The translations under genes and the position numbers were made by a program. From contig JAYWIR010000003.1 in NCBI GenBank assembly GCA_036172245.1, positions 868,001 to 932,000 of the forward strand: a DNA stretch of 64,000 nt. The letters run 5' to 3'. Under the pieces are notes generated by a model, which was given only the letters and a program-made list of their open reading frames with translations, made no database searches and had not been told where the DNA came from. Every line of letters begins with the position of its first letter. Position 1 is the stretch's first letter. Shown here in pieces: positions 52,240 through 64,000 of the stretch. Origin of the DNA: Raillietiella orientalis (Eukaryota).

Positions 52240-53000
52240 CAAAGGGTTTGAATCCCTCCCAGGGAAGGATTGACGCCGAGAACAGGGAGTGCAGCGCCGC
52301 GAGTTCGAGTTCCCCCCGCAAGATGACGCTGGTTGACCCGTAACCAGGCGAGGCACCGGTAGAAGCTGATGAAAAAAAGACCGGATGACCCCGATGAGTG
52401 GCCGGGACTGGGATCCGACCCTCCGGGTTCCTTCCAGGAACCACGGAGCCCTTCGGGGTTCCCCTCCATTTCTGCGAGACCGTGGAGCTGGTGGATTGGT
52501 GACGTCTCTCCAGAACGCAGAGAACTGTGCCGCTCCCTTCGGGTTCTCTTCGAAGGAGGAAACCAGGGATAATTCCCTTGCGGGTCCCCTCTGAGGCAGG
52601 AGCGACCCCCCACAAACTGGAGGGTCCCTCCGGAGAGAACAAGGAAGAAGAGGTTCCCCTCCGAGATTCCCTTCGGAGGCAACGAGAGCGAGGGTTTCCT
52701 CCGGGGTACCTTACCAAGAGCAAGAGAGATACAGACTCCTCCCTCCGGAGCCTTCCTGGATTCATGGGGTGGCATCCCCTCCCAAGGTATCCCCTATCTT
52801 GAAGAGTTCACACGCACCCTCGGGTGACGTGGAACAGCATTAAGGAGCTGCATGAGCCGCCGCCAAGGACGCAACAGTTATTCTGGTACTTAAAGAGCCC
52901 TTCCGAGTGCTTGCCCGTAACAGTCCCCCTGGAGGGCTAGGATGGGAGCTCGACGCCGAAGAAAAGTCTGAAGACGGAAACGAGGAGGTCCTTGAGCCTT
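52240..53000 (-). mobile_element. Degraded LINE RT / post-RT fragment
   Basis: TVTGKHSEGLF...CSSLMLF, LALGKVPRRKPS and NQRHL; DNA homology to ~36930-37320 and ~35455-35527. Confidence 0.6.
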
Positions 53001-54399
53001 CTTCGGGGTCCACTGAAACCTGCCCCGCGGGTCCCCTTCGTCCGGTCCGCTCCGCCACCCACACTCCCCACCCAACCGTGTTGAGCTCTCAGCACGTCCC
53101 TCGACCGTTACCGATGCCGACAGGCTGCACCTCGGCAACGCAGTTGCGAGGAAAAACGGCACTCTCCTCTTCGCCAGCCTCCGCGGTTTCGCGCCGCACG
53201 TACACCTCGCAGGCGAATCGAGGTCTCTTCCGCGTCCGCGCAGCCTCGATCCGTTCTCCCTCGCCCCCCTTCCGTTTCCCGGAGGCATTCCCCGAGGAGG
53301 GGCACCCGTCGAACGCTACTCCGACCTCCCGCCGTCCCAGGATGCCTGCTAGGGAAAAAAAAGTCCCCGGTTCCTCCCTGTCGACGACGACCGCGCTTCC
53401 GACGGGTCGCACTCGGCCGCTCGAGGCCAGCAAAACTCCTTAGCGCGCCGACGGGGTGTGCCCTCGCCACAAGACAACCTTCTTCCCCCCCCCCCCCCTT
53501 CTCCCCTTCCCTGACTCCTTCCCCCTCTTGGGACCGACCGCCTTCGCTACGTGAGGACAAGCCTCCCCATCCTCCGCCGGTTCCTTCCACGCGGGAGACA
53601 TCCTGCTCCTCCCTGCCAAGAGAGAACCTCCGGACGAAGACAGTTCCCCGTCGAGGTTGACCGTGACCTCCTCTGCCAGACTGCCGTGGGTCGTTTCGAG
53701 TGTTTAAAAAGTTCGCGCGATGCGCCCAACTCTTTTTAGCATTTCATCCAGAGCTCATAAAAAAAGAAAAAAAGTTCGTCCGAAGGTTTCAGCAGTCGAC
53801 GCATCATTGGTAGGTTCGCACCTGCCTACTTTCCTCTTCACCAATGTGCACGGGGTCCATGTATCTCGGCATTCCATCTCTCCTCGATCTTCCGCGCTGG
53901 CCCCAGCATCGCGGAAAGCGGCACACGGGCGCTTGCAGCACCGCGGAGCCGTGGTACAGTAACCTGCAATCGTAATCGCTGCTCGCAGCAGAACGGGGTA
54001 ACGCCGACGCCGCCCCCACTAGAAAAAAGTAACCCCATTTCGTCGTGGAACTGCGAAGGCGCCGAGCATGACTGGAATTCCTCTCGTCCTTTAGAAACGG
54101 GACCAGCTCCCAGGGAACACCACGGCGAGATACAATGAGATTCAGTAATAAAAAGTAAACTCTAAGGCAGTCGGAGATAGCAGTTCTTTTACAGCATTCC
54201 ATAAGTAGCCAGAACTTTGCCAGCGCGCGCAGCAAAATACGGAACCCACGCCTGAAAACGTCGTCCATCCTGCTCGCCAACGCAGGCGCCTCCCAAACAG
54301 GTGGGGGCGGCCCTCGCCAGGAAAAAAAAAAAAAGGGCAAAACTCGTACGAAGCTCTTCCTTTGATCCCGTAAACGACGAACTCTCGCGTCCTCTTCAC

Positions 54400-55130
54400 A
54401 GACTTCTTCTGGAACTGAAGGTGAAACTCTCGAAAGCATCCTCTGTTTCCGCCCCGTCTCCCCAAAGACAACGCGTGTCCACTGATTCCCGCGGGTCTCC
54501 GGTCGCTCTGGAGCGAGCAAGTCTTCGGGGGGGGGGGGATGAAGTGTTTGTTCGAACAAACGCTTCATCCCAGTGCAGGCTACCGGCTCAAACCCCAGGG
54601 GCTTCAAGACCTGTTCAGGTCTGCTTGCTCTTACGCAAACGCAGAGCACAAAGACCAGGAGGGATTTTTCTCGTCCATCCAATGCGCGCTCATCCTTGGT
54701 GTCCTCGAAAACCACCACGCGGGCCTCCGGGCGCAGCAGCTTGCCCTGCAGCCGGAGGTTCCCTCCCTGTTCTTCCCGCGCTTTGCTCCGTGACCCACCA
54801 TCCGTCCCGCATGGCTCTCCCCTTTCCGTCGCGGCCACAATGCACACTTCCCAGGAGCTTGCGCAATGCGAGAAGTCTCCCGAACTTTCGAGAAACTGCA
54901 CATTTGGGGATGCTCGGGTAGATGGCAGCGCGGCAACGAGAAAGGATACCCACTCGGTGGGAAACGCGAAACTCTGCCTAGGCAAAGCACCTATTTGTAC
55001 CTTCAAACCCACACAACCTTGTTCGTGGCCAGCCGAGGTGGCCCTTTGCATCTCCTCTCCCTCCTCGGAAATCCCTACGAAAGTTTCGAGCCCCACTCCC
55101 TCCCGTGTCCTATAAACTTTTGAAATCACG
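54400..55130 (-). mobile_element. Degraded LINE RT fragment
   Basis: FAFPTEWVSFLVAALPSTRASPNV (cf. FGFPxxFIxWIxxLY...SxVxVNG), LRLQGKLL...VVVF and ADLNRS occur in RT order. Confidence 0.55.
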
Positions 55131-55899
55131 TTTCCTAACTAGGAGGTGGTAACGCTGCTGCACGGGAAAATAATGAGCCACGGTGAATGGGGTTTTCACG
55201 ATTTTCACGGTTTTTTCGCTCGGCATAACATAGTCCCCCCCCCTCCAAAAAAAAAACAAAAAAAAACAAAAAATGTTTTACTTCATTTAACAATTTGCAT
55301 CGTTATGAAAAAGTGCTACTTCCGAGCATCATTCCACACCTTGAAATCCCCCACGCCCTACTGCTTTGATTGGGCGCTACTATCGAAAATGGCATCTGAG
55401 ATCGCTGAAATATGGACTGCTGCTGAGGTGCCTCTCTTCTTGCATTATGCACAATTCTTAATAAAAACTGAGCATCGGAAGCCTCAGCAAGAACGAATCG
55501 GGAATTTGGAAAAGTAGTTGCATCTATTAACCCTTTATCACGAAGTAATAAACTTTGAAAACATTTTTAAAAAGATTCTTCCTAGTAACACACACACACA
55601 CGAAAAGGAAAGGAAAAAAAAAATGCTTTTTTTTTTTCTGTAGTCGATACTACTATGACGTTTGATTCTATCTAGCATAGGTGGCTGGAATGCAGGTTTG
55701 GGAGGAACCTTCTCCTACCGAATTAGGGGATGAGGTGGGAGATATCCCAAAAGTTAGTCGATTTCTTCCATCGGCAAGCAGCTGCTCGCTGCACATTCAT
55801 GAACACCTTCTAACGTACATCAATAGTGTTATAACTTTCCAGCGTCTCTCTCCGATGTCCTCCATTTTCTTTTCTTTTCTTTCTTTGTGTTTTCTCGCC

Positions 55900-56800
55900 T
55901 CGGGAGGAGGAGCACACATCCCCTTACTTTTGTGCTGCTTTGAGACTTTTGTGTCTCTCCTAGTTCGTGCAACATTTAATGCCTGTCGTCGATTTACAGA
56001 GAATGAAAACTTTTATCCAGAGTTCTCGCTCCCGTTCAACTTCCTCCGTCCATCGAATTCACGATCCGATAAGTCCATTGTATTATCCAAGCTGGAGTTC
56101 CTACCTGGCAGTTCTATCAGTTAAACCTATTAAACTATCAGATAATAATTTTCTTGGGGATGATTCATTAATGGAATCCATTATGAGATAGAGGGGGCAG
56201 CCTGCCATGATTCCTATGCACCGTCTGCAGGCGCCCAAACCTTTTCCAACCAAAAGGCTCTCATGTCTGAGGCCAGCCTTGGCATTTGTGCATCTTCCAT
56301 ATTGAAAACGCATGCAGTCCTTTAACACACTTCTAGGTTGCCGATGTCGAACCTGCGTCTGTACGTACGTGTTTATGTACGCTGCAGATGCATATATTCA
56401 AAAGATTCGGAACCAATCGTTTCCTAGAAGAGCCGAGGGTTCGACAGCGAAAGGTTAAGGGTCAAGGGTTTTTGCCATATCCTTTCCTTATGCGTTGGAT
56501 ACGTTTCGAAAGCCTCCATGAAACCGGCTGATTTCTCAAGGGCTTAGCTGTTGGCATAAATGGCATAAAGCGGCGATCATCCTAGATGCTGAGATCTATC
56601 AATGGAGCAGTTTTGTGTTCCTGCGAGCTGACAGATCACGTGTGGGCCATAATAAACCAGCAGCGTTTCTGATCTTCCTTGTTTGTTTGTCTACCCAAAA
56701 GCTAGGACACAAGCACCCCAGTGAATCGCCCTAAGATGCAATCCTCGGGTCCTGATGCAGGCTGCAAAGTCTTCCTGAACGGTCCCGTAGAATGTTTTCA
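55900..56800 (-). mobile_element. Degraded LINE RT fragment (AT-rich)
   Basis: ASGPEDCI, YYGPHVI, KSAGF and GIMAGCPL (cf. APGPDGI, NYRPI, QAGF, GxxQGCPL) occur in order. Confidence 0.5.
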
Positions 56801-58242
56801 TTTCGCTACTCCACTATGAACGCAGACAATAGCGGAGTTTTGCTTCGAAAAATTCTCTTCTGTGCAGTCGGATTCTCAACCGGATCCACAACGCTGTGAA
56901 GATGTAAATATTCTACTTGGCATGTTTGGCAAGATTCTTCAAGAGCCTTGAAAATAGGAAGCGATTCGTTTCACGTGTGAACTGCACTGATCGGCAGTGA
57001 ACGGCAGTGACACACTCTCAAACAGGGGTTATGCACTTTCATTACTAATTTGTCTCGCAAATGCAAAAGCACCTCTTTGCACGTTTTCCTTTGAAGCCAA
57101 GAAATGCACCAATGTATCACCGGCGTTTCTTTTCTTTCTGGAGCTGCAAGTTTTTTTCCGTTTGCGTATTTTCCCGTTCCTCTGTGCTACTCCTAATCGC
57201 ATTAGCTTTTCCGTGTGCTGCCGCTTTTCCACCCGCATTAATAAAGGCATTCTGCTTATTCCCAATTAGCTTGCTCTCCTCATATTCCCGAATCCTACAA
57301 CTCCCATCCCTTTCAATTTGCCTAGAGGCTACGAAATCCTTTTCTGCACCGGTATTCAATGCGATGTGGGAAATTCGACTAATTTGGAATCAAATCCAGG
57401 AACTTCACTCCGCATACCTGAGGATGAAAGACACGACTGGTGACAAACAGGAAGTCCAGGTTGCTGCTGGAACATTATTGGGACCGGGAGAAAGCGTACG
57501 AAACTGGGGAGAGCAGGGAATTTGCGAACGTGGGAACCCTGACGCCTTCGTGAGACGAAGGTGCAACAGCCTAATTGAACAGATCGTGTCAATCGATGGG
57601 CATAACGCAAATCATACGATGATTTTAATAAACAAAAAAAAAGGCTTGGTTGCAAAATTCCGGCTCCCCGTATTTTGCACCGCGCACAACTCATCGTGCA
57701 AAAAATTGCGTCAAGAAGAAGCCGAATTCCCAAGGAATGCTTCAAGATGCCTCGATCAGTGTTGCCGTACGCGAATTCAAATCACATTCCTTTGGGAAAC
57801 CGTAAATTCGTAGAATTTTTGCATCCATCGTGAACGGCCACCACTTCCACATAGTCTTAAGATGTATATTTAGCAATAATTTTAGGCTGCTAGCCTAGAT
57901 CAAACATGGCGAGCGGTCAAAGCTGTTTGGATCCTAAATTGGAGGCTACCGTTTATTTGTAGCGTGCACTTTATTCCGGTCGTCGAAGTGATGATCCTTT
58001 GCTGCGTCATGTCCGATCCAAAATGCCCTGTGGCTGAACAAACACACCCCAAGTGGAGGAAAACACATGCACGTTGTGTAGCAGCACGGTGTGGAAGAAT
58101 CCTTGCACCCTGCCCCTTTGGAGACAGTCCATCATTCTCTCACCTTCTGCCACCTTGCTGCAAGTTTGCTAGCTGCCGGACCCCATCATTCAGGGTAGCT
58201 CCTGTCTTTGGGCGCCGTCTTACTGGACTTTTTTATAGGGCC

Positions 58243-58341
58243 TTATTCGGCTCGGTTCCAAGCCGTTCACAGGAAGGAGAGCCAACTGTCAGGACAAAGT
58301 GCGATCTCCTGTTGCAGAAACCTTCCCGATTCTGAAATCCC
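58243..58341 (+). repeat. Dispersed ~100-bp direct repeat, copy 1 (copy 2 at 61282-61381)
   Basis: Shares GTTCACAGGAAG, GCCAACTGTCAGGA and GAAACCTTCCCGATTCTGAAATCCC with copy 2. Confidence 0.85.
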
Positions 58342-58427
58342 TCCGAGCGGTTTATCATGGATGGACATTGACCGAAAGCGTTCGTTTCTTTTGCACGTTC
58401 ACTGAGTTCTGCCAAAAGCAAGCAGAA

Positions 58428-58451
58428 TTGTTGTTGTTGTTGTTGTTGTTG
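58428..58451. repeat. (TTG)8 microsatellite
   Basis: Direct read of the sequence. Confidence 0.9.
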
Positions 58452-61220
58452 TTTTTGCAAGTGGTATACAGGCATACTGACTGCCGAAAGCAAGTTGGGA
58501 GATTTGCTGCCGCGCGTTGCGCTCGTCTCCCTCCCTCTCGTTTCTTTGCTCCCAGTGCTGAAGATCCTCGATTCGTATGAAGAATTGTGCTGCAGGAGTC
58601 GAGGGCTTAAGTTACTCGTGACCTTGCCGATCACGAATCGTTTGTAATTCGATCCCCTGACACGGATCGTTTTCATTTCAGGAGTCCGCTCCTAGGAGTT
58701 GACCTATTCTTGAAGCATGGCCTTGATAAGTCCTAGACCAATGAAGTGGTTCGATGAGATTCACTCTGGGAAGTGAGGAAGAGGCGAAGCACGATTTCTT
58801 ACGGTCTGCTTCACACCGTGCACCTTGCGTCTGAGAAATGCTGCTGACACGAGGCATGACATGGTTCGAACTTTCGCCGCCTCGACAAAGTGCAAAGCTG
58901 GAGGGAAAGCGTGCGGAGCGGCGGTGGCGGAGACGAAAACCGCGGCGGAAGGGACGAACGTTGATGAGCCGTGCACGGAGCTCATAGCTGTGCAAGGATG
59001 TGCCGCAGGAAACCACGGAACAAGGGAGAATTCCAATGAAGCCTGCTGGACAGAGAAGAGCATCTTCGCGAGATGTGCGACTGGTCAGGGCGCGCTTCCA
59101 AGTCCTGTCGGTTCGGATCGGGAGCGTTTCGCTTCCTTCCTTCCTTCCCGGATCCCAACCACTTGATGCTGTTGCTAAGCGCTTGCTGCTCTTGTTACGA
59201 GCCATCTGAGGCTTCCTGAGTAATCAGCTGCTAACGACTGGCCGATTGCAGTTCTTACTGTGTATTTATGACAGGGACACAATGGGATGAGAAAGCCTGA
59301 GAAGATTTCCACGCAACGTGCCTTGCCGAGTCTGGTTCGAATCCCCAAGGCTGCACGACCTCTGCGAAAAGCAGAAAGAAAAAGGAAAAAAAAAAAAAAA
59401 AAATGCACGGAACCCAAGTGCCTCCTCGGGGCGTGATCATAACCAGCCACAATGGACGGAAGGATTAACCGCGCAAACGCTCTGATGTACCCAGAATCTT
59501 CCCAGCGAAGCACACCATGAGTTCGTGAATGGCGTGCAGAAGCGGAGGGGGCGGGGAGGGCGAATTTTCCGGCCCCGGTGAGGTCGGGACGGCTGGTCAG
59601 AAAAGTCACGCGTGGTGCGAGAGGCACGGTGGCGGAAGCTGGCACCGACGGACGGAACCTCATCAAAAGACCGGCTAGGGAATCCGCTCGGGCTGGTTGA
59701 AGTCCACGAGCCGTAATCAGCCAGAGAACCCTTTGTTCTCTCCTTGCATTCCGCGCATTGCAGAGCGCCTTGCCAACCAAACAAACACGCGTCATCTCCT
59801 GGATCCGCCGGTGGTAGCGCAGAACTGCAATCTTCTTTTCCTTTTTTTAAAGAATTGGGGGGGGGGGGGGGAGGATCCTTTTCGTTCTGTTATTCCGCGA
59901 TCGTCTTGTCGTCATCGCAGTTCAGTATTTCTTTCTGGCGATGCGGTTTGGTTGGTCCCCTCTTAACCAAAGAGACGTTGTGATTGATTTCAGATAGCGT
60001 CAATCAAATCCTCTCGACATCGCGGACTTACACCCGGCGGTGGTGCGTCTTCAGAAGAATTTCTTTGCTACACGTTCGGCCGATTTGCGTAACCTCGAGG
60101 AAACACAAGAAAGAGAAAGAGGGGGGGGGGGGAAACAAGCAGCAGCAGCAGCCCCGCCGCATCTGCAGCATCTTTCCGAATTCCTAGGAAGTTTGTCCGT
60201 CGCATAGATCTTCTTCGGAAGTCACTTGGACAGTTGGAGACGCGAGCTGCGCGGTTCATAGATCCTCTTATTTTTTTGTTTTTCCGAATGCTGCTCCACT
60301 TCATGAGGCTTCCGAATATTTTCGCGGAACGGGTAGTCGAAAGTTTCTCAGTTTCTCCTCCGAAGGACTCCGCTACCTCGAGGGAACGGGGGCGTCGGAT
60401 TCAATTAGGCGATCTTCGCTTCCCGGTTCTGGAGTTTCGCTGGTGACCGCAACTCCCCCTCCCCCAGAAGTTGGGAGCACATGGAGGATGCGAACCGAAA
60501 CTCCTTCTCGGTTCTCATTTAGCTCTCCTAATTGACCGCGCCAAGATGAGATCGCAGGCAGAATTTCGTGGGGAAACTGGGAAAAAATGATGATCCGGAT
60601 GCTGAGAGGCTCAGCACCTACAGGCGCATCAAGTTTGTCTGACTGTGCTTTTGCGCTTCAGCGTCCTCGCTTATAGCTCAAAAAAAGAGGAGGGAAAAAA
60701 AAAAAACATATGTTCGGCAAGATGAGCAGCTTCCAAAGAGACGAAAGTTTGACTCCCGAAAGTCAAAGATGCTGGACCGTCAAACGCGGTAAGTGTTGGC
60801 CAGTACTACCCCAGCCGAGACAACTCCTGGAAGCCCCCCCCCGTCCCAACCAAAGTTCCAGCCTTTGCTGCAAGCGGACTCATCAGGTCGACGCTGCGCG
60901 GAAACCAGAACTGATCCCCAGAGATTCTGCTGACCACGCGGCTGCATCGCTTAGCAGCCAGAGCCAGTTTCTTGTGCGCAGAGACCGAAGATGCACGTCA
61001 AGGACTCTTCTTCCCGTATCGAGGTGCCTCCTGCGCATTCGACCCGCACCGTTCCTTGTGCGCGCTGCTGCATGCATGCGCAACGGACTGAATCGAGCAG
61101 CACCCGCGAAGCAAACAGTCGGAGAACCTCTGGAGATCCCCGGCTGCAAGAAGTGGTCGGTCGCCCGATCCCGCCCCTTGCAGGACACATCTCTCGCTCT
61201 CCTGATGGCAGTCGCTCCTC

Positions 61221-61443
61221 GGAGAAGGAGTGCTCCCGGACGCTAGGCGCGAACCTCACACCAGCCGCGGATCCGCAGGGACTTTTCGGTTCGGTTTCAA
61301 GCAGTTCACAGGAAGAATGGGCCAACTGTCAGGAAGAAATGCGGTCTCCTGTTGTGGAAACCTTCCCGATTCTGAAATCCCGGCGAAGGAGCGCTCCCGG
61401 ATGCGAGGCGCGAATCGGCACGCCAGCGGCGGATCTGCGCCTG
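61221..61443 (+). repeat. Copy 2 of the 100-bp repeat (61282-61381), flanked by diverged ~60-bp direct repeats
   Basis: GAAGGAGTGCTCCCGGACGCTAGGCGCGAA...CCAGCCGCGGATC (61221-61280) versus GAAGGAGCGCTCCCGGATGCGAGGCGCGAA...CCAGCGGCGGATC (61382-61443). Confidence 0.8.
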
Positions 61444-63926
61444 ACGCAATTACCCAAGGGTGAGGTCTCCGACCGCCACTCTTCCGCTGGGTTCAGCATC
61501 CTCGTGGTGCCCAGAGCGCGCTTGGATCCACGCCGCCTTTCGAGAGAGCACAACGGCGAGTGAAGGAGCCGCGCGGACTGGGAGAGGACTCCGCAACGGC
61601 GCCACCACCCAATGCCATGATGACCTCTCGCGGACGAGGTGCGGAAAGAATGGCCGCTGAGCATTCGGGGACACCGTCCTCCGGCCGGCGGGTTCCCTTC
61701 CGACCTGACCCGGAGCTGCTAAGCGAAGAGCGGGCGCACTCCCGCTTATTCGATGCCCCCTGCCCCCGTGCTCGCGTGGACCGGCTCAGCGCCACCGGGA
61801 GAATCCAGATAAAGGAGGGAGTCTAGCACGTGCCCTCGTGGTGGTTCTCAGAAAGAGACCGGTCTTGTCCGCAAGGAGCGTGGAAGAGAGAGGTCCTGCG
61901 GTGGTCCGAAAAGGTCCGGAAGGAGTTGGTGAGAGTCGAGAGCTGCTTCTGGGAGGTCTGCTGAAGGCACCGCATAGACCGAAGCCATTAATACTGCGTA
62001 CCTGAACGACCGTGGGGAGTGGGGGGGAGGGGAAGGATGATTGTGGAGAACGAGAGAGGTCACACCGGGCACTCCCTTCTGCATGCTCCCCAGGGTGGAT
62101 GAAGGGACGTGAGTATGCCTGTTTTGCCCCGGAGTCCTGCAACTCGCGGAAGCCGAGCTACTGGCTGGCCTGGCCTGAGCGCTCGAGAGGTCGGCAGAAA
62201 AGGACCCTCGGGAGCATACGATGCCACCCTCTCGGGTGACAGGCAGACCCATGCCTTTCTCGCGCGCCTGCGCGTTTGGATGCTCCGCCACTGCCAGCCT
62301 GCCGTAGCCGCGCCTGGTGGCGGTCGATGGCGTCTTGTCGATGGTCGGTTTCGGGCCGTTGCGAGGAACGGCCTCCTCCCTGCGAGCACCAGCCTCCTGC
62401 TGTGCCCTCCGGGAAGAGTGGTCACCGCGGGTGCGCAGCAGCGTGGTGTTCGGTCTCCACGCAACGAGAAGCGGCGAGAACTGCGAACGTGTGCACGTTT
62501 CTTCCTGGATGCAAGGCGTGCCACCAGGAAAAAAAGAAATGAATGGAAAACGCGCGCGCGCCTTTCGCTGCGACGTGCCTCCCCTTGCAGCCGGAACCGG
62601 CAGCATCCCCTCCTCTCGGAGAAGTCTCTCCGGGAATCGGTTCCGCGTTTCCCGGCAGCCGCGCGCGCCGGGGCCGAACGTCTCCATCGAAAGGTCTTCA
62701 AGCCTCGGGGTCTCGGCCGAGCTCATGCTGGACTTTTACCCTGCCAGCGAGGAGGAGGGTGGCGACCGCCGTTCCTCCCACGGGCTGGGGGAGCCGCACC
62801 TGCCGCCGGAGGGACGCGGGGGATACAGCCTTCAGGTCTTTCCAGGTATACGGGCGAAGATGATTTTTTTTTCCTTTTTCTGCTTTTCCGTTCGAGGACC
62901 CCGGGTGCGGCGCCGGGCGGCTCGCTGATTGGCGGTCGTCAGCTGCGCAATTGTCGCCGCGGGGTTTTTCTCAGAGCGTCCGGAAGCTGCGAGGAACTCG
63001 GATCGAGCGCACAGGCCCGCGTGTCCACCGCGGGCCTAGGCCTCCCTCCTCCCCAATTTCCTTTGCTTCCCGGAAAGAGGCGCGACCCCCGGAAGCCATC
63101 CAGACGGAGGCAGGTCCACACCCGTCGGGTGACCGACCATCGATTTCGCCCCAGGAGAAACGTCCAGCGGACAGCTTCCCGTGGGAGAAACCTTTCCCGG
63201 CGATCGCGGGGGGGCGGTAGATAGTCTCCGGGAGGTCTCCCATGACCCGGAGGAGCGGAAACTTCCCGGAGCGGGGAAGGAAAGGGAGAAGGACGGACAG
63301 GCCCGGAGGAATTTGTGCCGGGGTCATCCCAGGAGGCGGAGGCGGAGGCGGCGGCAGCAACAGCGCTCGCGTCCTGCCACTTGGGATGCGCGGGAAGTTC
63401 CTCCCCCACCATCCTCCCGCGGGAAGTCGCTCGCGCGCAGCGGAAGGCGCGCCTGAGGAGGCGGCCGGCCTCGTATTGCGACACGCCCGCTGCCGGGAAA
63501 AGGCCTGGAGAAACGAAATGGCCCTCCCTGGCGTTATCTCGCAGGCGGATTCCGGCTCGGCGGGGAATTCCCGCAGGCGCTGAAGGCACAGCGCCGCCGC
63601 CCGCCGGGTGCGAGGGGAAAGGCCATCGACGCCACCGCCACCTCTGGCTTGGGTTCTGCGGACTCGCTCGAGCGCCCCGAACCCTTCCTGCGGGTGGCGC
63701 TAGTGGCACTCTCTTCCCTGTCTCCCCCCCCTTTCCTTCGCCGCCACCGCCTTCTGACTTTGGGTCTGCCTCCGGCTATCGGCGCTGTCCGGGTAGGGCA
63801 AGAGGCGTCCGTCGCCGCGTGGGTTTTCAGAAGTGCCTCCCCCCGATGCCCGGGGCGGGCCCGCGTGAACTCTCTGGGCCTTATCTCTCGGGTGCTCCAG
63901 AGATGAAGCAAAGGGCCCCATCGTAC

Positions 63927-64000
63927 GTTCGACCCCATGGCGCTGAGGGCGATGGGGCTGCGCGCCACCAGGTAGTCCGCCGAGCCGCTGCCGGAGGCGG
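63927..64000 (-). CDS. Probable coding exon (3' part) of an unidentified gene entering from the right edge
   Basis: Frame ASGSGSADYLVARSPIALSAMGSN has G or C at the third position of all 24 codons, like the integrin exons, and is followed by a possible GT donor (GTACGA) at 63926. Confidence 0.45.

Noticed and set aside
53804..55129. 441-aa minus-strand ORF as a host gene
   Set aside because: Contains degenerate RT motifs without catalytic YADD; treated as a LINE fossil.

Overview
Eukaryotic (animal, probably arthropod-type; inferred) genomic DNA, not prokaryotic. Nearly all ORFs in the supplied track are GC-rich shadow frames. Three spliced protein-coding genes can be rebuilt by hand, all on the minus strand: (1) the 5' three coding exons of a SPARC/osteonectin-like gene (1356-1902; the rest lies left of the window); (2) an apparently complete EFA6/PSD Arf6-GEF (8927-11170; MTED motif, Sec7, PH, coiled coil; six introns of only 43-52 nt); (3) a complete 15-exon integrin beta subunit (45438-48995, ~846 aa), with one GC-AG intron, one GAG acceptor and several divergent functional motifs. 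A probable coding exon of a fourth, unidentified gene enters at the right edge. Intergenic DNA is largely heavily degraded non-LTR retrotransposon (L1/Tx1-like) fossils; their boundaries are approximate. One clean non-autonomous hAT (Buster/Charlie-type) element with TIRs and a perfect 8-bp TSD sits at 4931-5384, nested in such a fossil. Base composition forms a sharp mosaic of AT-rich/CpG-poor and GC/CpG-rich blocks. I found no CRISPR array, rRNA or convincing tRNA, and nothing I can defend as a wholly new biological system. The best leads are the miniature and non-canonical intron architecture, the divergent integrin, the hAT MITE, and a 32-bp minisatellite that triplicates a splice-donor motif.
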